Shown: piece by piece, positions 1 to 9,828 of the stretch
How the letters are laid out: each line of letters starts with the position of its first letter
How positions within the stretch are numbered: position 1 is the stretch's first letter
From: Macrostomum lignano
Lineage: Eukaryota
Assembly: GCA_002269645.1 (NCBI GenBank)
Contig: NIVC01001504.1
Coordinates: forward strand, 124,001 to 188,000
Reading direction: 5' to 3'
Length of the DNA: 64,000 nt
Program-made: the position numbers and the translations under genes
Notes under the pieces: generated by a model
Told to the model about the DNA's origin: nothing
The model's database searches: none
Seen by the model: only the letters and a program-made list of their open reading frames with translations

Positions 1-220
1 TTGCTTGAACTGGTCCTCTGCTGGTCAGACTTGGTCAAGTCTTGTGCAGCTTTCAGCTAGCATTAATCAGGGTTTAGTCAAGTTCAAGGGTCAGTTTAGG
101 CTACTTTATGTCAGTTTTAGTTAAGTTTAGGCAAGATTTTTAACCAAGATTTAGTCAGATTTAGTTTAATTTAGATTTAGAAGAACTACCACTCTATATC
201 AAGATTATTCTATTTTAAGA

Positions 221-690
221 TCAGGTGTATTCCAGTTGACCAGTTTAGGTCAGGTGTATTCCAGTTTAGGTCAGGTGTATTCCAGTTTAGGTCAGGTGTA
301 TTCCAGTTTAGGTCAGGTGTATTCCAGTTTAGGCCAGGTGTATTCCAGTTTAGGTCAGGTGTATTCCAGTTTAGGTCAGGTGTATTCCAGTTTAGGTCAG
401 GTGTATTCCAATTGACCAGTTTAGGTCAGGTGTATTCCAGTGTCGGTCAGGTGTATTCCAGTTTAGGTCAGGTGTATTCCAGTTTAGGTCAGGTGTATTC
501 CAATTGACCAGTTTAGGTCAGGTGTATTCCAGTTTAGGTCAGGTGTATTCCAGTTTAGGTCAGGTGTATTCCAGTTTAGGTCAGGTGTATTCCAGTTTAG
601 GTCAGGTGTATTCCAATTGACCAGTTTAGGTCAGGTGTATTCCAGTTGACCAGTTTAGGTCAGGTGTCCCAGTTTGGGTCAGGTCAAGTC
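221..690. repeat. 21-bp minisatellite (CCAGTTTAGGTCAGGTGTATT), about 20 copies
   Basis: Unit read directly; occasional CCAATTGA/TTGA insertions. Confidence 0.95.
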
Positions 691-840
691 TTATTTTTGA
701 ACAGCTTCTATAGAATAATTTGGTGCTTTGATCAGAGTGCTCAGATAATTTGCCAGACTTAGCTTTGTTAGTCTTGAATGGAAGATCACTGGAAGGTCAC
801 CAGCTTAAATTGCTCCGTCGCTGTCACCTGCAAGCAGCAG

Positions 841-1011
841 TTTGGCTCGGCTTATGCGCCTGGCTATGGCCCAGGCTATGGCCCAGGCTATGGCCCAGGC
901 TATGGCCCAGGCTATGGCCCAGGCTATGGCCCCTATGGCCCAGGACAGCAGCAGTGGCTTGGCCATCCCGCTGGCCCCCAATACCAGCCAGGGCAGCCAA
1001 CCAGTGGCCAG
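841..1011 (+). CDS. Putative internal exon encoding a Gly-Tyr-Gly-Pro repeat, Gln/Pro-rich low-complexity peptide
   Basis: CAG acceptor at 838-840 and GTAAAA donor at 1012; 171 nt open, FGSAYAP(GYGP)n...QQQW...PQYQPGQP. No recognisable domain. Confidence 0.45.
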
Positions 1012-2309
1012 GTAAAACCAGCTTTGATTATATCTGAGAATCGTTTGAGCTAAACTGATGAGGCGGCAGCTGGCTGCTCACGCGCCATGACCAGAAGCTA
1101 ACAGCGTTGACTTGCTCTTGTTAAAGTACTTTTATAATCATGAAACATAGTTGCTTGCATTCTGATTTTTATAGTTTAACTGCATCAATGCGCTGGAATA
1201 CGTTGAGATAAGGCAGAGTGGCAAGGGGGTCGCCCCCCCCAAGTAGACTGGCGCCTCCTTGACAGCTGATTTGCTCCCAATTTTAGCAGTTTGCCTACAA
1301 GCTGCTGGCGAAGCCTAAGATAGCGCTCCCGAGTTGGCGCCAAAAAATCCTGGCTGCGCCCCTGAGATAAGATAAGATCACATTATTAGGAAGCACTTTT
1401 AAAGGCGATAAGGATTGATATTCAATAGCAGATACGAATTATCGGGAGCCATCAGTTATCGGTGCTAATTAAGCTAATTGGCTGGGTGCGCACCCCCCCC
1501 CCCCGCAATCAGTGCCTTTGGGACAGGGGTCGAAGTTTATCGACGTTTGTGTTAACTGTTTGTTTGCTTTGGCTTTAATTATTTTTGCGATAAGTTTTCT
1601 CATAAAAAATTTCCAAACCAAGCGTCTATTATGAGTAGAAATGCGAACATTTTAACGACTATAAAAATTTCAGCAGAACGGCAGCAGCGGCTCCAGCGAC
1701 CCGTTCGGCGCGCTCTGACGGCTTCGACTCCTCCGGCTTGACAAATCGCTGCAAATAAATGACAGATGGATGATGAACAGCCTGACTATTCCCACACTGC
1801 GACAGCATTGCACTTGCTTATTGTAGATGCCCTAGAATCTTACAAATATCTGAAATGCGCTCTCGCGTTTCTGTTGTGCGCGTCATCAATCTGCTTTCCG
1901 CTTAACCATCTACCAGCTTCCCCTGATCCGCCATCAGCTGCCCCATCAGCCCCCTACGCCTCGCTGAGTTTTATTGCGGCCCGCTGAGGCTCCTCATTCG
2001 CAGCCGCTCTACCCGTCTGTCACAATGCGCTTCTTTACACAGTGCGACACTCAATCGAAATTTCAATGCTCTTTCAGTCGGCCCCGGGCCCGCGGCAGCC
2101 CTCAGTTTTCTGATGACTCCCGCCCGCCTTTTTTGCTATCAACAAATTGGATTTGCATGCCCGCAGCTGCGCTAAAAATTGAAAATCCCTTTTTTAAATT
2201 AAATTTTCTCCCATTGCGTTCTCTTTTCTCGTTTTCAATCCCTTCTTCTGCCTGTTTTAGTATTTCTAACTGCGGCGGCGGCCGGCGGGCAGCACGGTGG
2301 CTCTTGGCG

Positions 2310-2590
2310 ATTCCCCACCGACGTCCCTCCGACATCCCTCCGACATCCTACCGACATCCCTCCGACATCCTACCGACATCTCTCCGACATCCCACCTACA
2401 TCCCTCCGACATCCTACCGACATCTCTCCGACATCCCACCTACATCCCTCCGACATCCCTCCGACATCCTACCGACATCCCTCCGACATCCCACCCGCAT
2501 CCCTCCCACATCCCTCCGACATCCTACCGACATCTCTCCGACATCCCACCGACATCCTTCCGACATCCTAGCGACACTCCACCAACCGAC
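2310..2590. repeat. 11-bp-based mosaic minisatellite (CCGACATCC-CT/TA/CA)
   Basis: Read directly. Confidence 0.9.
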
Positions 2591-3149
2591 ATGCCATCGC
2601 TTGTCCGCGGCCGCCCGGGCCGCCTAATCGCACTACATTAATCCGCGCGGGTGCGGCCTCACCGACCTCGTGCACTTTTTCACTTAGCAAAAATTGAAAT
2701 GAGAATTACACTTTTTGGACCGATCGAAGAGATTATTTCGAAGCACCGAGGAATTTTTGCAATTCCAAAGTACATTTTGCTGCGCTGGCAGACTTTTTCT
2801 TCATTACACTGTGCTGTCCTGGGCTGAAAATTGCAGAAGTTATCCGTCATTGTCCTACTTATAGAGTAAATTTAAAAAGAAGGAAAAGTTAAAATCCGTT
2901 TGTTTTGTCTGTACGCTCGTATAAGCCGCCATCATAGATAATAGAATAACTGATGTCATTCACAGTTAAAGTTGTGAAGAATATTATAGCGTCTACTTTG
3001 TTTTTAGTAGTCTGCGTGCAGTGTCACTTAAATTTAATTTGGCAGTTAAAATTTACTTTCCTTCCTCGAGGTTTGTGGCCTTCAGGAGCATATGATATGG
3101 GTTAAGAATAAACAACTTGATGTACTAAAGTGAAAGCAAGACGGACGAA

Positions 3150-3335
3150 ACTCAGAGGCAGGCCCTATCTGGCTCAGCCAATGACCGAGCTGTAAGGAAA
3201 GAGGTCGAAGACAGACGAAACGCAGCCTAGGGGGGGGGCTATCTGGCTCAGCCAATGACCGAGCTGTAAGGAAAGAGGTCGAAGACAGACGAAACGCAGC
3301 CTAGGGGGGGGGGCTATCTGGCTCAGCCAATGAGA
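3150..3335. repeat. About 72-bp tandem repeat, 2.5 copies, each with a CCAAT motif and a G-run
   Basis: CTATCTGGCTCAGCCAATGA occurs three times about 72 bp apart. Confidence 0.85.
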
Positions 3336-3648
3336 GCAGTGAGGAAAGGGGTCAAAGCTAGATACTAGCTGGCAATAGGAAAGTCAAACTGTTAACGGCC
3401 TGACTGGGGACTGAGACAACCCACCACTTTTCTCTCTTGCTCGCGTCGCAATGCACACGCACTTTTGGGTTTTTCAAGCCATGCAAGAAAAAACCAGAGG
3501 TGGTTGTTGCCAGTGCCAAATTCCGGAGAAAAAATTGCTTCTCCCCCAGAAATTCCAGGGAAAAAATCCTCTACACACTCCCGAAAAAAATCCTGGCTGC
3601 GCCTCTGGTTGCTGCAGTTTAAAAAAAGTATAATTTGAATTTTATAAC

Positions 3649-5582
3649 AACACAACAACAACAACAAAATACGCTGTCATGATGGTAAAAGTCAGCGTCA
3701 CAGGGCGCGCTTCATGGCTTGGGCGCGAACAAAGGCCGCGCCACCGGCAGTGTCCGGGGCGCCGGCGTCAGCCAGCAGACAGTCGACATAACGCCGAGTT
3801 CGCGCTTGACCTCGCCGGTAGGGTGCCTGCAGCGTGAGCAGCAGCACCTCCTGCACCGGCTGTGGGCAGTACGACTCGGCGCGGATGAGATGGCCTGCGA
3901 GCTGGAGTCGCCGACGGCGCAGTAGATCACTTGGACGTGGCAGGCCAGCGCGGCGATAGAGTGCCGCGTTGGTGACTCGCTCGACGCCGATGTTGAAGGC
4001 GGCGCGCAGCAGACCAGCGTGCGCCGCATCGACTTGCTGTTCGAGTGAGTCCGTCAGCGTCCAGGTCTCGGCGTTGTACAGCAGGACGGTCTCGATTACC
4101 GCCTGGAACAGCGCCGCCCTCTGGCGGTCCGGTAGGGCCTCGGACTGCAGGACTGCCCTCACAGAACGAAAGGCAGCCCAGGCAAGCCCGCGGCGGCGTC
4201 GCAGGTCCTCGCGAGCGTCTGGAACCAGACCGCCGAGGTAGACGAACTGCTGACATCGCGGGAGTTCGGTCGCCTCCCCGTCAGCGCCTCGGCAAAATAT
4301 TGCAGCCTCGATGTCGTCCGGCACGCAGAGCACAACGGTCTTCTGCGTGTTGACCACCAGGCCGACACTCGCCGCAACGGCAACCAGCCTGTCCAGCTGC
4401 CGTTGGGCGCCCTCGACGGTCGAGGACAGCAGGGCGAGGTCGTCGGCGTAGCCAAGCACGCTGAGCCGCTTCTCCGGTTGACGTCGACCCACGCGTCGCT
4501 GCAGCAGAAAACCGTCGTCGTCGGTAGGAAGAGCAGTCCGCAGCACCCAGTCAAGCACCAGGACGAACAGAAACGGCGCCAGCGTATCTCCCTGAAGCAC
4601 TCCGGAGGATGTCTCAAAGGAGTCCGATAGGCCGTCCGGTGTTGTCACAGCAGCTGTCGTATCACGGTACATCGCCATGACGGCGGAGATCAGCTGCTCA
4701 GGCACGTTGTACGCGCGGAGCACCATTGGAAGCACGGCTCTGACAACCGAGTCGAATGCCTTCTTGAAATCAATAAAGATTAAAATCAGGATCGACTGAC
4801 GAATCCGCGCCTCCTCGATGACTCGGCGAAGAGCCAGGATCTGCGCCACTGTGCCGCGATGGGGCCGGAACCCGTTCTGCTCTGGGCGCAGGTACGGATC
4901 CAGCACGGGCTGCAACCGCGAAAGCAGCATCCGGTTGAACAGCTTCGCTGCACAGGACTGAAGGCAGATGCCTCGATGGTCTTCAAGCCTAGTGGTGCCC
5001 GGCTTCTTTGGAACAGCGACGATGTGCGCCGTGGTCCATTCGTTGGGCGCCGCCTCACCGAAGAGCACGCGGTTCATCACTCTGGCGACCTCAGCGGCCA
5101 CACAGGGGATGCGCAGCGCCTCGATGGGCACCTCGTCCGGACCCAGCGCTTTCCCGCCCGGTGACTGCTGGGCGAGCTTGACAACGTCGGCTGCGTTGAC
5201 TGGGGCTACGCTGAAACTCTCCTCTGCCGGCAGCGGCGTCTCCGGCGGCAGCGTCAGACTGTCTGGCAGCGGGGGTGGCGGCGCGTTGACGATGGCGGCG
5301 AAGAACTCGCGCAGCTCGTTCCTACGCTCGTCCGGCGTGTCACCAGCCAGGTTCAGCGGATTGCGCCGCTTTCGTCCCGTCAGAGCGTTGATGGCGGACC
5401 AGGCCACGCGCCCTCTGGCATCGGCCCAGCGGCAGAGACAGCCTGAATGGCGTCATCGACAGCCGCTTGTTGGCGCTGCAGGTAGACAGCTGCCAGAGCT
5501 GCCTCTGCCTCGCGGGTTGGTCGCCTGCTCAAGCGGAGCTTCTCCAGATCTTCCCTCGCTGCCTGAATCGCGTTTTTGCCTA
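3649..5582 (-). mobile_element. 5'-truncated non-LTR retrotransposon (RTE-like)
   Basis: RT ORF inside; (TTG)n tail on the minus strand at 3649-3666; identical 11-bp flanks AATTTTATAAC at 3638-3648 and 5583-5593 (TSD); no endonuclease domain present. Confidence 0.9.
3698..5407 (-). CDS. LINE reverse transcriptase domain (569 aa ORF; coding sequence continues to about 5575 across a 1-bp frameshift near 5425)
   Basis: Motifs PGPD-like ALGPDEV, IVAVPKK, RGICL, EQNGFR, FIDFKKAFDSV, GVLQGDTLAPFLF, GYADD, YLG, and the RTE-type C-terminal RRLQLAGHLIR. Confidence 0.92.
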   Translation of the reverse strand: MAWSAINALTGRKRRNPLNLAGDTPDERRNELREFFAAIVNAPPPPLPDSLTLPPETPLPAEESFSVAPVNAADVVKLAQQSPGGKALGPDEVPIEALRIPCVAAEVARVMNRVLFGEAAPNEWTTAHIVAVPKKPGTTRLEDHRGICLQSCAAKLFNRMLLSRLQPVLDPYLRPEQNGFRPHRGTVAQILALRRVIEEARIRQSILILIFIDFKKAFDSVVRAVLPMVLRAYNVPEQLISAVMAMYRDTTAAVTTPDGLSDSFETSSGVLQGDTLAPFLFVLVLDWVLRTALPTDDDGFLLQRRVGRRQPEKRLSVLGYADDLALLSSTVEGAQRQLDRLVAVAASVGLVVNTQKTVVLCVPDDIEAAIFCRGADGEATELPRCQQFVYLGGLVPDAREDLRRRRGLAWAAFRSVRAVLQSEALPDRQRAALFQAVIETVLLYNAETWTLTDSLEQQVDAAHAGLLRAAFNIGVERVTNAALYRRAGLPRPSDLLRRRRLQLAGHLIRAESYCPQPVQEVLLLTLQAPYRRGQARTRRYVDCLLADAGAPDTAGGAAFVRAQAMKRAL

Positions 5583-6503
5583 AATTTTATAACCATTTAG
5601 GCAAAAACTTATTTTGCTACTGAAAAAGGCCTCATTTTTTGAAAAAAGAATGAAAAAGATCGCCTTTTTTAGTTACATCTACTTATGTGTGGTACGAGCT
5701 ATAAGCAGTTTTTGTTTTTGCCATAGAAAGCAGAGCTCCTTCATACCGCCATCAATTAAGACATCACTTCAAAAGTGATGCGCAAGGCTCCAAAGTTTGC
5801 GTAAATAATAATGACCACGCAAATTTTGGCGCGAATGATCATTTAGGAGCTACATGTTCATGCAGTGGTCATTTGTTTACATGAAAACTCGTTAAGTGCT
5901 CACTAAGCTTCACATCTCACCCCTACTTCCATGACTCACTCAGCTTCACAGCTTCCCTCCTATGACTTATTCAGCCTTGCAGCGTCCATGGCTCTGTGGA
6001 CACTAGCCGAGTCCTCTTTGCCACCTTCCATCTCTCATTCGCGCCGCCCGGGCACCACAGAAGAGCAAAAATGACGTCCCAAATCACGTGAATTTTCTCC
6101 ACGTGTACCGCGGTGCCCCAGCTTGTTCTTCCACGTGGCGTGCTGGTTTTGCCTGTGCCAGACAGAAATTGTCTTTGACTGTGTCTTTGAGCTGCTCTAG
6201 TCCGACACGCCAATTAGAAAGTCGCTACGAGTTCGAGCGGCTTAAAGTCGGTCTGCGGCAGCTGCTCCCCGAAACTCGAATAGTGGGACGCGAGTAATTA
6301 AACAGATGCGCGCAGTCGCTGCCTCGCGTGCCCGCCAGCAGCTGCCGCGAGTGGCCGACAGGCCGGCAGCCCCCGCGCTAATTTGAATTCGAGTGCGCGT
6401 CTGCAAAACACGCCGGCTCGACCCTGACACCTGCCCGCCTGCCAGCGAGGGGGGGGGCTTAATGAGGCTCCGCGAATGCGACCGCGTCTGCTTTCCGCAC
6501 GTA

Positions 6504-7811
6504 CGAGGGATACTCCAAAAGTTTTGCAATTCAACCACTTACGCAAGTCGCACAATCTTCAAAACCAACTCTCTGTACAATAAACATGTACATAGTCACC
6601 ACCTCAATTTTCAAGTGAATTCATACATATACGCCTGCTCAGCCCCCAGTCAAAGTCAGAGACTCCTTAACTGTACAGCTGCAGCCATGGAATTGAATCG
6701 TGAGCAGAATCGGCTACTAATTTGGTACTGCCACAAGCGAAAAGCTCACGGCGCTTGAGACTCATGCCGAGCTACTAGCAACATTGGAGGCTCAAGCGCC
6801 GTCATATGCTACGGTTACACGCTGGTACCGCGAGTTCCAGGCCGGCAGGACCAGCTTTTCTGACGACCCCCGGCCCGGGAGACCTCCGACAGCAGTGACG
6901 GAGGAAAACATCGCTGCAGTGCAGGAGCTGATTCATCAGGATCCGCGAATCACCACGGACATGCTAGCTATGAATGTCGGCATTGGATCGGCAGCGGTCG
7001 ATACGATTCTACACGATCACCTGAGAGTCAGGAAGCTTTGTGCCCGATGGATACCCCACATCCTGACAGATGCTCAAAAACAGGCCCGCATGGAGTTCTG
7101 TCAGTTTCTCATCGATCGATATGAGCACGGGAGCCATCAGCGCCGCTCTGAGGTCATCACTGGTGATGAGACGTTTCTGTATCATTTTGACGTCGAGACA
7201 AAGCGCAGCAGTGCAGAGTGGGTGCCGGAAGGTGGTCAACGACCCCTGAAAGCAAGGCGGTCCCGGTCCCAGGGCAAGCGGATGTTTGCCATCTTCTTCG
7301 ACTCACAAGGCGTGGTGGCGATGGTGAAGCTGGAGGGTCAAGCTACAGTCACTGCTCGATGGTACACTGAAGAGTGCTTGCCAGTCGTGATCGACAGCGT
7401 GACCCAGAGGGCGCCAAGGACGGGAATGCGAGGGCGGAAGCTTCACCATGACAACGCCCCCGCCCACACGGCTGCTGCAACTCGAGCGTTCCTGGACCAA
7501 GAGGGCATTTCAACGCTACCACACCCGGCCTACTCACCAGACCTCGCCCCTGCGACTTCTGGCTCTTTCCAGAAATCAAAAAGTCGCTTAGGGGGCGCAG
7601 GTTTCAGTCCGACGAGGAGCTGGAGCAGGCGGCGAAGGAGGCGATTGACGGCATCCCAATTGAAGACTTCCAGGGCTTGATGAACAAGTGGCTCGGACGA
7701 GCGCACAAGTGTTTGCAGTTCCGGGGAGCCTACTTTGAAGGATTGTAATAGAAAAGTTTGGCAAAATTAACTTTAAATAGTCGAATTGCAAAACTTTTAG
7801 AGTATCCCTCG
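6504..7811 (+). mobile_element. Full-length mariner (DD34D) transposon, 1308 bp
   Basis: TIRs CGAGGGATACTC(C/T)AAAAGTTTTGCAATTC(A/G)AC at both ends, flanked by TA at 6502-6503 and 7812-7813. Confidence 0.96.
6687..7748 (+). pseudogene. Mariner transposase with two single-base frameshifts (about 6742 and 7548)
   Basis: HTH region, RWIPH, TGDET, HHDNA, YSPDLAP(C)DFWLF. Correcting both indels gives one ORF ending ...GAYFEGL*. Confidence 0.92.
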
Positions 7812-9059
7812 TATCTGGGCCAATTTTCGGACTGAGGCGGAGTCCCTGATATCTGCGCCTGCAACAATTCCTGCTTGCCTTCAATGCCGACTTTTACTAG
7901 TATACGTGACCAAATATGACAGCTGTTGGTGCTCATCAAGCCTTCTGCATGTGTCCTGGATAATCTCTACACTTGTCCACCGTCATCTCTGCATGCATGT
8001 ACATCCACTCTGCATTCTTAATGTGTCTAACCTCGGTTTATAAATGTCTGCATGTGATGCAAGGATATCTTATCTTCGATTTGTACCCGTGTTCACGATG
8101 ATGCGTCCACACAATGATTGTTTATGTCCACGAGATGATTCCCACTTCTAAGCTTCTACACACGCGCCAGCAATGTCGGCTGTGGGCTCATGAAAATGTC
8201 CAGGGCCTTTGCAGCAGGTGTCCGCAATAAGAATTGATTGTCAAACGATTCCCAGTCATCTTTGTCGCATAAAACACGCCTCCGCGCTTCACTGCAGCGG
8301 CCGCTAAGCCGGATTTCTACACAGATGAACCGAAATGCGCGGGCTGTGACGGATCGCGGGATCAACGCGGCTCAGTCATGCCGGGATTGGGGGGCGGCGC
8401 CTGCGCGGATTAAAACGAAAGCCCAGCCAGCTACCGGATGGGGAAGTCGCTGGCCGATGAGCTCCCTGATTTATCTGCCGCAGCTGCCCCCCCCCCTGTC
8501 CGGGACGCCCAAGGCTTGGCAAAGAGTTTCTTCGGCCGCAGGAATTGCAGGAAGTTCGGGCAAAAGGACCGGAAGCCGCTGCGCTGAAGCATTCATTCAG
8601 GCTGGCTGGGGAGCCCCGAGATGGAGAGCATCGAAGGGTCCCAGAGGGTCTCTTTGAATCGCTGAGAGAAGAGCGACATCATGCAAATTTAAAATTTTTA
8701 ATAGACTGCAGGTTGCATCAGAAGCCAGTCAAGCGTAATGATTTATAATCAGCTGCTGTGCAATTATTGAGACGCTGGAGACGCTGGGCACGAAGGCGAG
8801 CGCCAGCCTCTTCGCTTCCTCCAATCCGACGCTGCCGCGGCGCCATTGGGCGGGGCTGCTGCAGTAAAAGCTGCCGCCCGCGGCTGCCGCGAGCCGGCGC
8901 GCACTGGTGGGGAGCGAGGCCTGAATTCTCCCTGAGCTCGAGATTTGAATCACCTTAGCTGAGGACTTCGCATACGGTTAGTCTGACTCGCTCGTTTTCG
9001 CTTCCATTGATTTCAAATAGAATAGAATAGTACGAGCGTATTAGTAATAAATCGTGTTC

Positions 9060-9530
9060 ACTGCACTTCCCTTCATTCACAGCGCCTCTCTTCATTCACA
9101 GCGCCTCCCTTCATTCACAGCGCCTCCCTTGATTCACAGCGCCTCCCTTCATTCACAGCGCCTCCCTTCATTCACAGCGCCTCCCTTCATTCACAGCGCC
9201 TCCCTTCATTCACAGCGCCTCCCTTCATTCACAGCGCCTCCCTTCATTCACAGCGCCTCCCTTCATTCACAGCGCCTCCCTTCATTCACAGCACCTCTCT
9301 TCATTCACAGCGCCTCCCTTCATTCACAACGCCTCCCTTCATTCACAGCGCCTCCCTTCATTCACAGCGCCTCCCTTCATTCACAGCACTTCCATTCATT
9401 CACAACGCCTCCCTTCAGTCACAGCACCTCCTTCCCTTCATTCACAGCGCCTCCCTCCCTTCATTCACAGCACCTCCCTCCCTTCATTCACAGCGCCTAC
9501 CTCCCTTCATTCACAGCGCCCCCTTCATCA
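9060..9530. repeat. 20-bp minisatellite (CCCTTCATTCACAGCGCCTC)
   Basis: Read directly; same family as 15170-16430. Confidence 0.95.
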
Positions 9531-9828
9531 AATTTGCACGACTTGCGAGTGTAGCAGATAAATAAAGGAGGAATGAAAGCTCACAGGCTGCTCTAAAGGA
9601 CTGGCAGGCACCATCGTGTCGGATTGAATGTACTCGTACACTTGGCTGCACTGTCTATGGCCGGAAGCAGAGGTTTAACTTAACAGAGCATTGGCTATTG
9701 CACTCTCATGGCACTTGGCGAAACTCAATCCTAATTCCTTCCTGATTCCGAATTTGTTAACCCCTGACTCTTAGCTTCTCAACCCCCTCCGCTCTCTGGC
9801 AGAGCTGCTCGAATAAAAAAGCAGGGCG

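Noticed and set aside
2038-2813. CACAGTG...CACTGTG pair suggesting Transib/RSS-like ends
   Set aside because: Match limited to 7 bp, no TSD and no extended TIR.
1345-3612. AAAAAATCCTGGCTGCGCC(C/T)CTG at about 1345 and 3590 as a MITE
   Set aside because: Both copies are in the same orientation and I could not find the matching opposite ends or TSDs.
3712-5600. Overlapping and antisense ORFs on the LINE
   Set aside because: By-product of GC-rich coding sequence; no motifs.
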